Assembly: GCA_965217585.1 (NCBI GenBank)
Contig: OZ244561.1
Location: forward strand, 2,240,001 to 2,304,000
Direction: 5' to 3'
DNA length: 64,000 bases
From: Candidatus Latescibacterota bacterium
Lineage (GTDB): Bacteria; Latescibacterota; UBA2968; UBA8231
Shown here in pieces: positions 1 through 10,185 of this stretch. Within the stretch, counting starts at the first letter, position 1. Each line of letters starts with the position of its first letter. The position numbers and the translations under genes were made by a program. A model generated the notes under the pieces. The model was not told the origin of the DNA, made no database searches, and saw only the letters and a program-made list of their open reading frames with translations.

Positions 1-345
1 TTGGGGGAAACGCATCTCCTCGAGAGGGATTTTGCCGCGGCCCAGAAATCATTTGCAGAGGCGATTGCCCTCGACTCTACTTCGGTGCGTGCTGTCTTTG
101 GCCTAGGCCGATCCTCGTTATTGAGAAAAAACTACCAGCAAGCCGATGTCGCGCTGCGCCGCACCCTAGAGTGGGCCCCGACACATCTTCCCATCTATGT
201 TGAGGCCCACTATGCTCTGGCCCTAACCCAGATTCAGCTCAAAAATTACGAGGAGGCCAAAACTTTATTCAAGAAGGTACTGGACCTGGATCCCGACTAC
301 CCCCAAGCCGAGACCAAACTGGCTCGGTTGGAAGCATCTTTCTGA
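1..345 (+). CDS. TPR-repeat protein, 3' part (gene starts before the window)
   Basis: Successive TPR-like helical repeats, e.g. EAHYALALTQIQLKNYEEAKTLFKKVLDLDPDY; ORF open at the window edge. Confidence 0.8.
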   Translation: MGETHLLERDFAAAQKSFAEAIALDSTSVRAVFGLGRSSLLRKNYQQADVALRRTLEWAPTHLPIYVEAHYALALTQIQLKNYEEAKTLFKKVLDLDPDYPQAETKLARLEASF

Positions 346-376
346 CAAGGATAAACTCCGCATCGCTCGCTACACT

Positions 377-2755
377 ATGTCAAACCGGTTTATTAATCGC
401 ATCGGCATCTTCGTTGTTTTTTCTTCATTTTTAAGCTGCTCCGAGTCCAAAATATCCAAGCCAGAGAGCGACCAGCTCTACGAGGAAGGGTTGCTCTACT
501 TTTACACCGACCGCCTTGACCTAGCCGGCGAACGCTTCCAGAAAGTATTGGAACTGGCACCCGACAGCACTGTGGCGCTAGTTCGTTTGAGCGAAATTAG
601 CCTCAAGCAGGGGCGCAAAAATCGGGCTCAGAACATCCTGTGGGAGCTGTGTAGCCCAAGTGCAAGCCGCGATCTGAGCCAAGCCGATCCCATCCGTCTG
701 ACCCTTCTACAGCTTCCGCCCGATTTGCGTGGGCGGCCCGAGGCGCGAATTCTCCAAGCGCGGCTCATGGCCTTTGAGGGCCGGGCTTTGGAAGCCCGAG
801 CCATCGCCGCCCAGGTTTTGAGCGAGCACCCTCAGTCCCTGGATGCCCGCCTGCTCTTAGCCGAATTAGCTTTGAAAGCGGCCTCTACTATGGATTTGGG
901 CAAAGCCCGCGATCTGAGCCGCCAAATCCTGCTCCAACTGCCTACTCATCGAGACGCGGGCCTGATGTTGCTCGAATCTCAACTACGACTAGGCGAATTT
1001 AATGAGGCTGTCGAAGTAGCTAGCTCTCTGCTCAAAGTCTACTCCGATGACGGTTATGTTGCGTTGCTAGCAGGCACAGCCGCATTTTGGGGCGACCATA
1101 GGGACGTTATCCCGTTGCTACGGCAGGCAGTAGACCAAAATCTGGACCACTATCCCGAACGTCTCAAAAGTCTGTGGCTGCTTAGATTGGCTTGGGAGCG
1201 ACAGGGCGGTTATCCGGTGGACTTGCCCGAGCGCTACCGCTTCAATCCCTTTGTCCAGATGTCGGCCAGCCGAGCAGTTGTCTTCGCCGATATTGGGCTC
1301 CAGGCCGCCGTCGATAAACGCGATCGGGGTCGGGGTAGTGCTTGGCTCGACTTCGACGGCGATGGCGATCTGGATATTTTTAGTGTTGGTATCCAGAGTA
1401 CCCACGCTCTCTACCGCAACGAAGGGCAGGGCCGATTTGAGGATGTAGCTCCTCTTTGGGGCTTGGACGATTCGCGAGGTGGTTGGGGGGGAACGGTCGC
1501 CGATTTCGATAACGATGGGGACGCCGATCTTTTTGTGACCCGAGACGCTTGGGAAGGCGCAGCCGCCAATTCCCTCTATCGCAACGAGAACGACCACTTT
1601 GTAGATGTGGCGCAAAGAGCGGGCCTAGACGAGGCCCAGGCCAGTTTTACTGCCGCTTGGGGCGATGTAGATCTCGACGGGTATTTAGATCTCTATGTAG
1701 CCAATGGGGTCATTGGAGATGGTGGACGCAATAATTTGTGGCACAACCAGCAAGATGGGACGTTTGCAGATATTGGCCAATCATCGGGAACAGCGGATTC
1801 GAGCAAGACCATCGGCACGGCCTTTGGCGATTACGATGGAGATGGGTATTTAGATCTCTATGCCGTAAATATTGGTGCGCCCAATCGGCTCTACCACAAT
1901 GAGACAGATGGCGCTTTTGTGGACAGAGCGGACCAAGCTGGGGTACTCTTCCCCCTGGAAGGTGGCTACGTAACCTTTTTTTTCGACTTTAATAACGACG
2001 GCCAACTCGACCTTTTCGCCTCGACTATGAGTGCTTTCGAGGATGTGCTCAATAGCTGGGTAGAGGGCCGCGCAATTGAACCCAACCGACCCTTTCTATA
2101 CCTTAATAACGGCGATGGAACGTTCACGGATATTGCAGTCCCAGCGGGTTTGGGGCGCTCGTTCGGCTCGATGGGCATTGGCCTAGGCGACGTCGACAAC
2201 AATGGTTTTCCGGACATCTACTTGGCCAATGGCGGGCCCGAGATGTACCGGTTCGAACCTAATGTCCTCTTTCTCAATCAGGGGGACGGTCGTTTTGTCG
2301 AAGCGACGTCCGCCGCCGGGATCGGCAATCTGGGCAAGGGACACGGCGCTACCTTTGCCGATTTTGACGCCGATGGCGATCTAGATTTGTACGCAGGCTT
2401 GGGCGGCCACTACGACGCCGACGTTTGGCCCAACAGTCTCTACCGCAACGACGGCCCCGTCGGCAATTATCTGGGGCTGAAACTGGTGGGTACAGCTAGT
2501 AATCGCGACGCCATTGGGGCGCGGGCCGTAGTTTATTGCGGTGCTCGACAAGTCCATGGCCAAGTGGCCAGCGGCTACGGTTTTGGTTCGAGCAATGCTC
2601 TGGCTCTGCACTTGGGGTTGGGTCAGGCTAACCAAGTGGAGCGGTTGGAGGTTATCTGGCCCAGCGGCAAAGGCCAAATTTGGGAAGAGGTGCCTGCCAA
2701 CCGCCTCTTGCGCATTGTCGAAGGCGAGGCCAACTACTCCATAGTCGGGGAGTAG
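377..2755 (+). CDS. TPR + FG-GAP/VCBS repeat protein with C-terminal ASPIC/UnbV domain (CRTAC1-like), probable lipoprotein
   Basis: N-terminal hydrophobic stretch ending FLSC; TPR helices; repeated DxDxDGxxDL motifs; C-terminal NRDAIGAR...LHLGLG...LEVIWPSG. Confidence 0.85.
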   Translation: MSNRFINRIGIFVVFSSFLSCSESKISKPESDQLYEEGLLYFYTDRLDLAGERFQKVLELAPDSTVALVRLSEISLKQGRKNRAQNILWELCSPSASRDLSQADPIRLTLLQLPPDLRGRPEARILQARLMAFEGRALEARAIAAQVLSEHPQSLDARLLLAELALKAASTMDLGKARDLSRQILLQLPTHRDAGLMLLESQLRLGEFNEAVEVASSLLKVYSDDGYVALLAGTAAFWGDHRDVIPLLRQAVDQNLDHYPERLKSLWLLRLAWERQGGYPVDLPERYRFNPFVQMSASRAVVFADIGLQAAVDKRDRGRGSAWLDFDGDGDLDIFSVGIQSTHALYRNEGQGRFEDVAPLWGLDDSRGGWGGTVADFDNDGDADLFVTRDAWEGAAANSLYRNENDHFVDVAQRAGLDEAQASFTAAWGDVDLDGYLDLYVANGVIGDGGRNNLWHNQQDGTFADIGQSSGTADSSKTIGTAFGDYDGDGYLDLYAVNIGAPNRLYHNETDGAFVDRADQAGVLFPLEGGYVTFFFDFNNDGQLDLFASTMSAFEDVLNSWVEGRAIEPNRPFLYLNNGDGTFTDIAVPAGLGRSFGSMGIGLGDVDNNGFPDIYLANGGPEMYRFEPNVLFLNQGDGRFVEATSAAGIGNLGKGHGATFADFDADGDLDLYAGLGGHYDADVWPNSLYRNDGPVGNYLGLKLVGTASNRDAIGARAVVYCGARQVHGQVASGYGFGSSNALALHLGLGQANQVERLEVIWPSGKGQIWEEVPANRLLRIVEGEANYSIVGE

Positions 2756-2779
2756 CCTACCACAGCGGACCTTTTGAAC

Positions 2780-4375
2780 ATGAGTAAACAAGGAAAACAG
2801 CCACAACTGCCGCATGACCAGGAGTACCGCAAGCTATTCGGTTTAGATATCTATCTGACTCCCGTGTTCTCGATCTCCAGTATTACCATCGTCGTCTTTG
2901 TCGTCGGGTCACTCGTCTTCCAGGAAGCCGCGACGGAAGTTTTCAAAAATACCCGCGAGTGGCTCACGACAAACCTCGATTGGTTTTTCTTGATTGCTGC
3001 CAACCTCACCTTGCTCTTTTGCTTATATGTGGCATGTTCGCCTCTCGGCAAGGTGCGCCTCGGAGGGGTCGATGCAAAACCTGAATACTCTAACGCAACT
3101 TGGTTTGCCATGCTCTTTGCGGCCGGCGTGGGTATCGGTCTGCTGTTTTACGGGGTGGCGGAGCCGCTCTACTACTTCCAAAAGCCGCCGCTTGGCATCC
3201 CCGCCGGAACAGAAGAAGCCGCTGCCGTCGGCATCGCGGCAACCGTTTTTCACTGGGGGCTACACGGTTGGGGCATTTACGGCCTCGTTGGACTAGCTCT
3301 CGGATACTTCGCCTACAACCGGGGACTGCCGCTCACCATCCGCTCGGCGTTCTATCCCTTGTTCGGCGACCGCATCTGGGGCTGGCCCGGCCATATCATC
3401 GATACGTTCGCCATCTTCGCCGGTCTGTTCGGGCTTGCGACCTCGCTCGGCTTGGGGGTCAAACAGGTAACCTCCGGTTTGAATTATCTGTTCGGTGTTC
3501 CCGCGAATAACACCACCATGGTGGTGCTGATTGTGGTGATTACGTCCATCGCGCTGACATCGGTGCTGGCGGGTATTAATGTTGGAATCAAGCGCCTTAG
3601 CCAGTTCAACATAATTCTCGCGTTGTTGTTGCTGTTGGCGATTCTTGCACTCGGTCCGACGCTCTACATCTTCCGCAGTATGTTCGCTGCGCTCGGCAGC
3701 TATCTCGTCAAGATTGTGCCGCTCAGCAACTGGGTGGGGCGCGAAGACACGGATTTCCTGCACGGTTGGACGACGTTCTACTTGGCCTGGTGGTTTGCTT
3801 GGGCACCCTTTGTCGGCACGTTCATCGCCCGCATTTCCAAGGGCCGCACCGTGCGCGAATTCATAATTTTCGTGCTCATCCCGCCGATGGTTTTGTGTTT
3901 GCTGTGGTTTGGAACCTTTGGCGGCACGGCCCTGTACCAGCACACCGTTGAGGGCTATACCGGTGTAACCGAGAATGTTGCGGCGTGGAAGCTGGAAATC
4001 GCATTGTTCAAAATGTTCGACCAGATCCCGCTGACGAAGCTGCTTTCATCGGTGGCGCTCCTGCTGATCATCGTATTTTTCGTCACCTCGTCGGACTCCG
4101 GCTCGTTGATTCTGGACACCATCGCAGCCGGCGGCAAAGTTGACGCTCCAGTAGCGCAACGGGTCTTCTGGTGTACTATTGAAGGGTTAGTCGCCATCGC
4201 CCTCCTACTTGGAGGAGGGCTGAATTCGTTGCAGGCAGCCTCGCTCGCCACCGGCTTCCCGTTCGCTATTGTTCTCTTGGGAATGGCCGTCTGCGTCTGG
4301 ATAGGGCTGCGCGGCGAAGTGCGTGATCACACTGATTTAGTTGACGAAGCAACCGTTCCAAAAACGGACTCTTAA
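2780..4375 (+). CDS. BCCT-family (betaine/choline/carnitine) transporter
   Basis: WFAMLFAAGVGIGLLFYGVAEP, FHWGLHGWGIY, WTTFYLAWWFAWAPFVGTFIARISKGRT and FFVTSSDSG motifs; about 12 TM segments. Confidence 0.93.
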   Translation: MSKQGKQPQLPHDQEYRKLFGLDIYLTPVFSISSITIVVFVVGSLVFQEAATEVFKNTREWLTTNLDWFFLIAANLTLLFCLYVACSPLGKVRLGGVDAKPEYSNATWFAMLFAAGVGIGLLFYGVAEPLYYFQKPPLGIPAGTEEAAAVGIAATVFHWGLHGWGIYGLVGLALGYFAYNRGLPLTIRSAFYPLFGDRIWGWPGHIIDTFAIFAGLFGLATSLGLGVKQVTSGLNYLFGVPANNTTMVVLIVVITSIALTSVLAGINVGIKRLSQFNIILALLLLLAILALGPTLYIFRSMFAALGSYLVKIVPLSNWVGREDTDFLHGWTTFYLAWWFAWAPFVGTFIARISKGRTVREFIIFVLIPPMVLCLLWFGTFGGTALYQHTVEGYTGVTENVAAWKLEIALFKMFDQIPLTKLLSSVALLLIIVFFVTSSDSGSLILDTIAAGGKVDAPVAQRVFWCTIEGLVAIALLLGGGLNSLQAASLATGFPFAIVLLGMAVCVWIGLRGEVRDHTDLVDEATVPKTDS

Positions 4376-4390
4376 CAAGGGGGTGTTGTT

Positions 4391-5847
4391 ATGAGACTTT
4401 GGAATACATGCCTTGCGATGCTGGTCGCTACGGCCTTGCTCTGGCCCGCGTCGGTGCAGGCGCAGGCGATGGATCGGCGGGCGCTTCGTCGATGTGAACG
4501 CGTTTCCCTCCATCGCCATTGACCGCATTGAGGTACTCAAGGAGGGGGCCTCGGCCATTACGGCTCGGATGCAGTGGCCGGAGTGGCCAACTTCGTGACC
4601 CGCGACGAGTTTGCTGGCTTTGAAGTCACCGGCTCCTATGACCACTTTGCCCACGCCGGCGATTCCAACCTCGGCGCAATCTGGGGCGGGGCGCTCGGCA
4701 ATGCCCACGCCGTCGTTTCAGTGGAGCGGATGAGCCGTCAGGAACTCAAAGCCGAGGAGCGAGACTGGACGCTGCGCCCGTATACTCGCCCTACGACGGC
4801 ACCCATTTGGTCGAGCCGGGCAATCCGGGGCGGCAGGCGTTTTGCGCGACCTCTTGGGAGGTGGTGGGGTTTGACTCCCAAGACTCTTGTCTTGCCGACG
4901 ACTGGTACTTCTTTGGGCGGCTGGTGGGCAACAGCGGTCCCGGGCGGACCCTGAGCCGCGAGTCTCGCACCCAGCGGATCGCCGCGGCCTTTGATCGCGA
5001 CTTGGGCAAGAACGCCCGCCTCGACTTGGCGGCCAGTTACTCCCGTGCTACCGGCAACATCAACTTCCCGGCGGAATATCACTACCGCAAGTTCCTCGCC
5101 TTCCGCGGCCTTGGCGGTCCGGACTGCGGCGTCGGCGTGATGGCAGATGCAACCGCCCCGGCTGGAATGGCGCTTGCCGACCACGACAAGGTAGCTGGCA
5201 CAGGCGACTGCATGTACTACAACCCGTTCAGCAACGCCCTGCAGTACGCGCAGCAGCCGGGCGCGACGTTCGAGAACGAGGCCAATCCCGCCTACGCCCC
5301 CGGCCTCGAAAACAGCCCCGAACTACTCGCTTGGATCAACGAGGAAGTCAATCTGGACAACACCGCTACCTTGGAAGTCGTCGATGCCACCTACACCCGC
5401 GAGTATCATGTGCGGGCATTGCTCCTGAACGGACTTGAACTCCAACCGGCGCAAGAAGCCGCCGGCTACCTGAACGAGTCCATTCCGATTGTGGTGCCGA
5501 TTCCGCAGTGGAAATGGCGGCTCGCCATCGGCTACCACCGGGGCGGCTACAGCCTAGTCCAGCATCTGAACTACATCTCTTCCTACGAAGACCAGCGGGA
5601 GGCCGTGGACTCCGACTTCCGTATCATCGATCCCTTCTTCACGTGGGACCTGAACTTGCTGTGCAACTTGTCCGGTGGGATCGGCCTCACCTTCTCGGCA
5701 CTGAATCTGACCGACGCTGAGCCGCCCTTGGTCAACCGAGAACACGCCCACGACGGCTTGACCCATAGTTCCAAAGGCCGGCGGTTCAAGCTGGCGGTTA
5801 CCTATCAACTTCCGTTCGGGGGCATGGCGGGGAGGGGGACGCCGTGA
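4391..5847 (+). pseudogene. Degraded TonB-dependent receptor (frameshifts and internal deletions)
   Basis: Signal peptide MRLWNTCLAMLVATALLWPASVQAQA from 4391; plug motif VDVNAFPSIAIDRIEVLKEGASAI-(Y)GSDAVAGVANFVTR split across frames near 4558; barrel C-terminus SALNLTDAEPP...[11 protein letters not shown]; only about 1.46 kb in total. Confidence 0.8.
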
Positions 5848-6578
5848 CCAGAGCCCTAGGCGCGATATTGCGGCGGATCGTCGATGCGCTGCGCGATTTG
5901 GCTCCCATCATCATCGTCATCGCGTTCTTCCAACTCGTGGTGCTGCAGCAGCCCTTTCCAAATCTCGGGCGCGTCGCCGTTGGCTTGGTCTGCGTGATCG
6001 TCGGCCTGACGCTCTTCATCCAAGGACTCGAAAGCGGTCTCTTTCCCCTCGGCGAGGCCATTGCGCAGGCCTTTGCACGCAAGGGGAGCGCGACCGCGCT
6101 GTTGGTTTTTGCCTTTTGCTTGGGTTTTGGCACCACGGTCGCGGAACCGGCCCTGATCGCCATTGCCGCGGAGGCGGCCGAGGTCGCCGCGGAAGCCGGT
6201 GCCATTGCCGACGACGATGAGGTGCGCGCTGCGTACGCCTTTGAGTTGCGCATGGTGGTGGCGGTTTCGGTCGGCACGGCGATCGTGCTCGGCGTGCTGC
6301 GCATCCTCAAGGGCTGGCCGATCCACCGGCTGATCATCGGGGGCTATGTGCTGGTGACCGCAATGACCGCGTTTGCGCCCGCAGAGATCATTGGCGTGGC
6401 CTACGATTCCGGCGGCGTCACCACCAGCACGATCACCGTGCCGCTCGTCACCGCGTTGGGTGTTGGGCTCGCCACGTCAATCCGGGGGCGCAACCCAATG
6501 GTCGACGGTTTTGGGCTCATCGCGTTTGCTAGCTTGACACCCATGATCTTTGTACTGGCCTATGGTATGGTGAGCTGA
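5844..6578 (+). CDS. DUF1538-family membrane protein
   Basis: [26 protein letters not shown] and [11 protein letters not shown] motifs; multiple TM segments. Confidence 0.88.
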   Translation: MTRALGAILRRIVDALRDLAPIIIVIAFFQLVVLQQPFPNLGRVAVGLVCVIVGLTLFIQGLESGLFPLGEAIAQAFARKGSATALLVFAFCLGFGTTVAEPALIAIAAEAAEVAAEAGAIADDDEVRAAYAFELRMVVAVSVGTAIVLGVLRILKGWPIHRLIIGGYVLVTAMTAFAPAEIIGVAYDSGGVTTSTITVPLVTALGVGLATSIRGRNPMVDGFGLIAFASLTPMIFVLAYGMVS

Positions 6579-6579
6579 G

Positions 6580-7392
6580 ATGGAATTTCTGCGCACTATT
6601 GCCGTCACCGCGTTTTCCACCGCGCTCGATGTGGCGCCCATTGTCGGCATCCTCGTTCTATTCCAGGTTGTGGTGCTGCGCCGCAACCTGCCGAACCTGC
6701 GCCGGATCGCGGCCGGGTTTGTCCTCGTCCTGTTGGGACTCACGCTCTTCCTCATTGGCCTGGAGGAGGCCCTCTTCCCCATCGGCGAGACCATGGCGCG
6801 CCAACTCACCGCGCCCGAGACAATCGGGGAAGCGAGTCTGGCCGACGGCGTCGACTGGTACGACTACCTGCTGGTCTACGTCTTTGCTGCGGCGATCGGC
6901 TTTGCGACGACAGTGGCCGAGCCCTCGCTCATCGCGGTCGCGCTCAAGGCCGAGGAGATCTCGGGCGGCGCAATCGACGCCTGGGGCCTTAGACTCGCCG
7001 TGGCGCTCGGGGTAGCCACGGGGGTGGCGCTGGGCTGCTTTCGCATTGTCACGGGCACGCCCCTGCCCTGGTACATCATTGCCGCATATCTCGTGGTGAT
7101 CGTCCAGACCTTCCGGTCGAGCCGGACCATTGTGCCGCTCGCCTACGACAGCGGCGGCGTCACCACATCGACCGTCACAGTGCCAGTGGTCGCCGCGCTG
7201 GGCTTGGGGCTCGCCGCCACTGTTCCCGGGCGCAGCCCGCTGATCGACGGATTCGGCCTCATCGCGTTCGCCAGCGTCTTTCCCATCATGTCCGTGCTGG
7301 GCTATGCTATGGTGGTGTCCTGGATGAGTCGCCGGCGGAACGCCAACCATGCGGCCCCAATACTGAGGCCGGACAGCTCCGAGGAGACTTGA
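6580..7392 (+). CDS. DUF1538-family membrane protein (second paralogue)
   Basis: [26 protein letters not shown] and [11 protein letters not shown] motifs. Confidence 0.88.
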   Translation: MEFLRTIAVTAFSTALDVAPIVGILVLFQVVVLRRNLPNLRRIAAGFVLVLLGLTLFLIGLEEALFPIGETMARQLTAPETIGEASLADGVDWYDYLLVYVFAAAIGFATTVAEPSLIAVALKAEEISGGAIDAWGLRLAVALGVATGVALGCFRIVTGTPLPWYIIAAYLVVIVQTFRSSRTIVPLAYDSGGVTTSTVTVPVVAALGLGLAATVPGRSPLIDGFGLIAFASVFPIMSVLGYAMVVSWMSRRRNANHAAPILRPDSSEET

Positions 7393-7395
7393 GCT

Positions 7396-7746
7396 ATGAA
7401 ACTGAAACTGATCGTCGCCTTGGTCAGCAACGACAAGACCGATACTGTAGTCGATGCTGCGCGCGCCGGCGGTGCGACCGGCGCGACGATTATTACTGGC
7501 GTGCGCGGCGAAGGGCTGAAACCACAGAAGACCTTTTTCGGTCTCGACTTGGCGGCCCAACGCGATGTCGTCCTGTTCTTGGTGGTCGAGACGCGCGCAC
7601 GCGACATTTTGGAGCGCATCCGCGATGCCGGGCGCTTTGAGCAAGAGCCCGGCGCTGGCATTGCCTTTCAGCTCCCGATTGAGGACGCCGTCGGTCTCAC
7701 CACCCAACTTCCCACCATCCTAGAAGAAGTGGATGACGAAATATGA
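7396..7746 (+). CDS. P-II-like signal transduction protein
   Basis: 116 aa; KLIVALV...AARAGGATGATIITGVRGEG...PGAGIAFQLPIEDAVG matches the PII fold and B-loop, but the GlnB YRGAEY T-loop is absent. Confidence 0.85.
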   Translation: MKLKLIVALVSNDKTDTVVDAARAGGATGATIITGVRGEGLKPQKTFFGLDLAAQRDVVLFLVVETRARDILERIRDAGRFEQEPGAGIAFQLPIEDAVGLTTQLPTILEEVDDEI

Positions 7747-8144
7747 GCGAGAAACGCACCATCCGGGTCGGAGACGTCATGGGCTCCAAACTCTACACTA
7801 TCGACAGGCTGGCGACCGTGGCCGAGGCCATGGCACTCATGAAGCAGTACGAGGTCAGTTCGCTCGCCGTCAACCGGCGCGACGACGACGACGAGTTCGG
7901 CTTGCTCGTGGTCGCGGACATCGCACGCGAGGTGATCGCCCAAAACCGCGCACCCGAGCGCGTCAACGTGTACGAAATTATGTCAAAACCGGTGTTGACC
8001 CTGCCGTCGGCCATGCTCGCCCGCTACGCGGTGCGCTTGCTCGTGCGCTTTGAACTCTCCCGCGCCGTGGTCGTCGACCACGAGCGCAACCCGCTCGGCA
8101 TGGTGACTTTGCGCGATCTCGTCCTGAGCCACGTGGCGGAGTGA
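7743..8144 (+). CDS. Stand-alone CBS-pair (Bateman) domain protein
   Basis: VGDVM...ATVAEAMALM...FGLLVVADI / VYEIMSKPV...LGMVTLRDL; ATGA overlap with the PII gene. Confidence 0.88.
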   Translation: MSEKRTIRVGDVMGSKLYTIDRLATVAEAMALMKQYEVSSLAVNRRDDDDEFGLLVVADIAREVIAQNRAPERVNVYEIMSKPVLTLPSAMLARYAVRLLVRFELSRAVVVDHERNPLGMVTLRDLVLSHVAE

Positions 8145-8172
8145 TGGGGCCGAGCGCGTATAGGAACTTCGC

Positions 8173-9255
8173 TCAGGTGGTGTCCACTGCTCGGGGTGCA
8201 CCGGAAATCTTCGGCACCTCGATTTCGGCTAAGTAGATATCGCTTTCCGAGGATTTGTAGCGGAACTCGGCAAAATGCCGGGGCTTGACCAACCCCGTCC
8301 AATACGCGACGTCGGAATAATACGAGATCACCAACTTGCCGGGCTCGGGGGAGACCAGACCTGGATAAGAGGCGTCGCCACCCTGCGGGAAGTAGCGGAT
8401 CAGTTCGGCCTTGCCTTTGGTGAGGTAGTAAAGGCCCGTGGTGCCGTTGCCGACACCCTCCCACTCGCCGCCTTGGAACTGGGTCGGATCGCCGCTGGAC
8501 CCTGCGCCGGGAAGGCGGACGCGGCCAGCCAAGTATTCCTTGTCGGCGGTTCTGCAAATTACCGGCGCGTCGCATTTGACCTGCAGGTCGCCCCCTTCCC
8601 ACGCCGTATAGGGCGGTTGGGACCAGTACATTGAGGCATTGTTGGCGCGGACGATGCACCACAATTCGCCATCGGGCCGCCAGTAGAGTTCCGACTCTTC
8701 AGTGAACTCCGGCAGTTCGGCGCGGGTGACAATTTCGGCCCGTCGGGTCCAGTGGACCCCGTCCTCGCTGACGATCAACTCAAAGGGCCGTTCCTCGTGA
8801 TGGAGGTGGCAAATGGCCGAGTAGAACAGCCCCTCGCGCCAGCGGACCCGCCAAGTGTAGGGATGGTCGTCGCCGAGGACGAGCAGTGCGGGCCGAGACC
8901 AGTGGACGCCGTCATCGGTCCAAGAGACATAGGAATGGATCGGGTTGCGCGTGCCAATGAAGAGATACAACCGGTCTGGCGTGGTGCAAAAGTGCCCGTC
9001 TGCGGCCGCGCAGCCATCGACGACGCCAGCGGGCGATTCAAAGTCGATCACCGGACGCCACCGCCTCAGATCGTCGGAGCGGAGGACGACCTCAACGCTG
9101 TTGCCGGCGGCGTGGTTGGTGCCGCGCCGGTAGCACAGCCAGTACATATCCTTCCACAGGGCCAGATCCGTAAAGGCGTTGTACCAGCCGTCGCGGACTA
9201 CGGTGCGCAGTGCGGTGATATCCGCGGTGGGAAAATCGGGTCTTTCGTCGTTCAT
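8173..9255 (-). CDS. Sialidase-like (BNR/Asp-box) beta-propeller protein
   Basis: YNAFTDL, Asp-box-like SDDLRRW, TDDGVHW and SEDGVHW; GGDASYPG...ISYYS. Confidence 0.65.
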   Translation of the reverse strand: MNDERPDFPTADITALRTVVRDGWYNAFTDLALWKDMYWLCYRRGTNHAAGNSVEVVLRSDDLRRWRPVIDFESPAGVVDGCAAADGHFCTTPDRLYLFIGTRNPIHSYVSWTDDGVHWSRPALLVLGDDHPYTWRVRWREGLFYSAICHLHHEERPFELIVSEDGVHWTRRAEIVTRAELPEFTEESELYWRPDGELWCIVRANNASMYWSQPPYTAWEGGDLQVKCDAPVICRTADKEYLAGRVRLPGAGSSGDPTQFQGGEWEGVGNGTTGLYYLTKGKAELIRYFPQGGDASYPGLVSPEPGKLVISYYSDVAYWTGLVKPRHFAEFRYKSSESDIYLAEIEVPKISGAPRAVDTT

Positions 9256-10058
9256 AGGTCGTATTCTCCTCGCGCATTCCAGCCCGGATACTGCTCTTCG
9301 AGGCGGGCTAGCGTCTCTTGGGTGTAGTATTCGTGGCCGGCGGGCGGAAAGCGGAAAAGTGCTCGTTCGCGCGCCGAAAGCCGGCCGATAAAGGCCCTGA
9401 AGTGCTCGTTCATCCCTAGGTTGGTAAAGCTGCTCACGCCCTCCCAGTAGTGGTCGGCGCGGCCGTAGATCCGGGTGGCGGAATAGCGCTGCCCCTCGCG
9501 GCCCTTGAAGACGGTCGCCGAGTGCCAGAGGTGGGTGTTGAAAATCATGATTGTGCCCGCCGGCACCGTCAGCAAAACCCGCTTGCTCAGATCCTGGCCA
9601 TAGGGCTTAGGCACGATCTGCATCGGCGCTTGGTTTTCTTCTACAGCTTCGGGAAAGTACCAGGAACTGATCTGTCCGTAGCGCCGGTCGGATGTGGGGG
9701 GCAGGAGTGAGTTGTTGCCATTGTCGATGTGCAGGCCCGGCTGCCCAGCCCCGGGGTCGGGGTAGCGCGCCCAGTTGTGGGCGTAGCGAAAGTGGATGTC
9801 CTCGGTGTCGAGTACTCGCTGGACGAACTCGATGAGGTCCCAGTCGATGATGAATTCATTGAAGAACATATCGGCGTAGGGAAAGTCGTCCCTCAAGAGC
9901 CGCTCTGTAGGAGGATCGTCGGCGAACTCCTCCCAAGGGAGGAGGGTCCGGCGGATGGCCGCGGCGATCTGGGCCCGGCGTTGTTCTGGGTAGAAATTTT
10001 CTACGGCCACGAAGCCCTGTTCTACAAAAGTCTGCAAATGATCGTCTGTTAGTTTCAT
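9252..10058 (-). CDS. Phytanoyl-CoA dioxygenase (PhyH)-family protein
   Basis: FVEQGFVAVENF; HID facial-triad motif; distal LWHSA; GGAGG RBS upstream of ATG 10058. Confidence 0.85.
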   Translation of the reverse strand: MKLTDDHLQTFVEQGFVAVENFYPEQRRAQIAAAIRRTLLPWEEFADDPPTERLLRDDFPYADMFFNEFIIDWDLIEFVQRVLDTEDIHFRYAHNWARYPDPGAGQPGLHIDNGNNSLLPPTSDRRYGQISSWYFPEAVEENQAPMQIVPKPYGQDLSKRVLLTVPAGTIMIFNTHLWHSATVFKGREGQRYSATRIYGRADHYWEGVSSFTNLGMNEHFRAFIGRLSARERALFRFPPAGHEYYTQETLARLEEQYPGWNARGEYDL

Positions 10059-10185
10059 GCTCACTCCTCCATTGCGTTTTTGTTTGCGCTTGGATTATAC
10101 AGTCAAAGCTGCTCCGTGCCTATTGCAGGCCGCCGTCTGTATTACCAATATAGTTGATATTTTCCCCCTAACCGCGAGGAATGCC

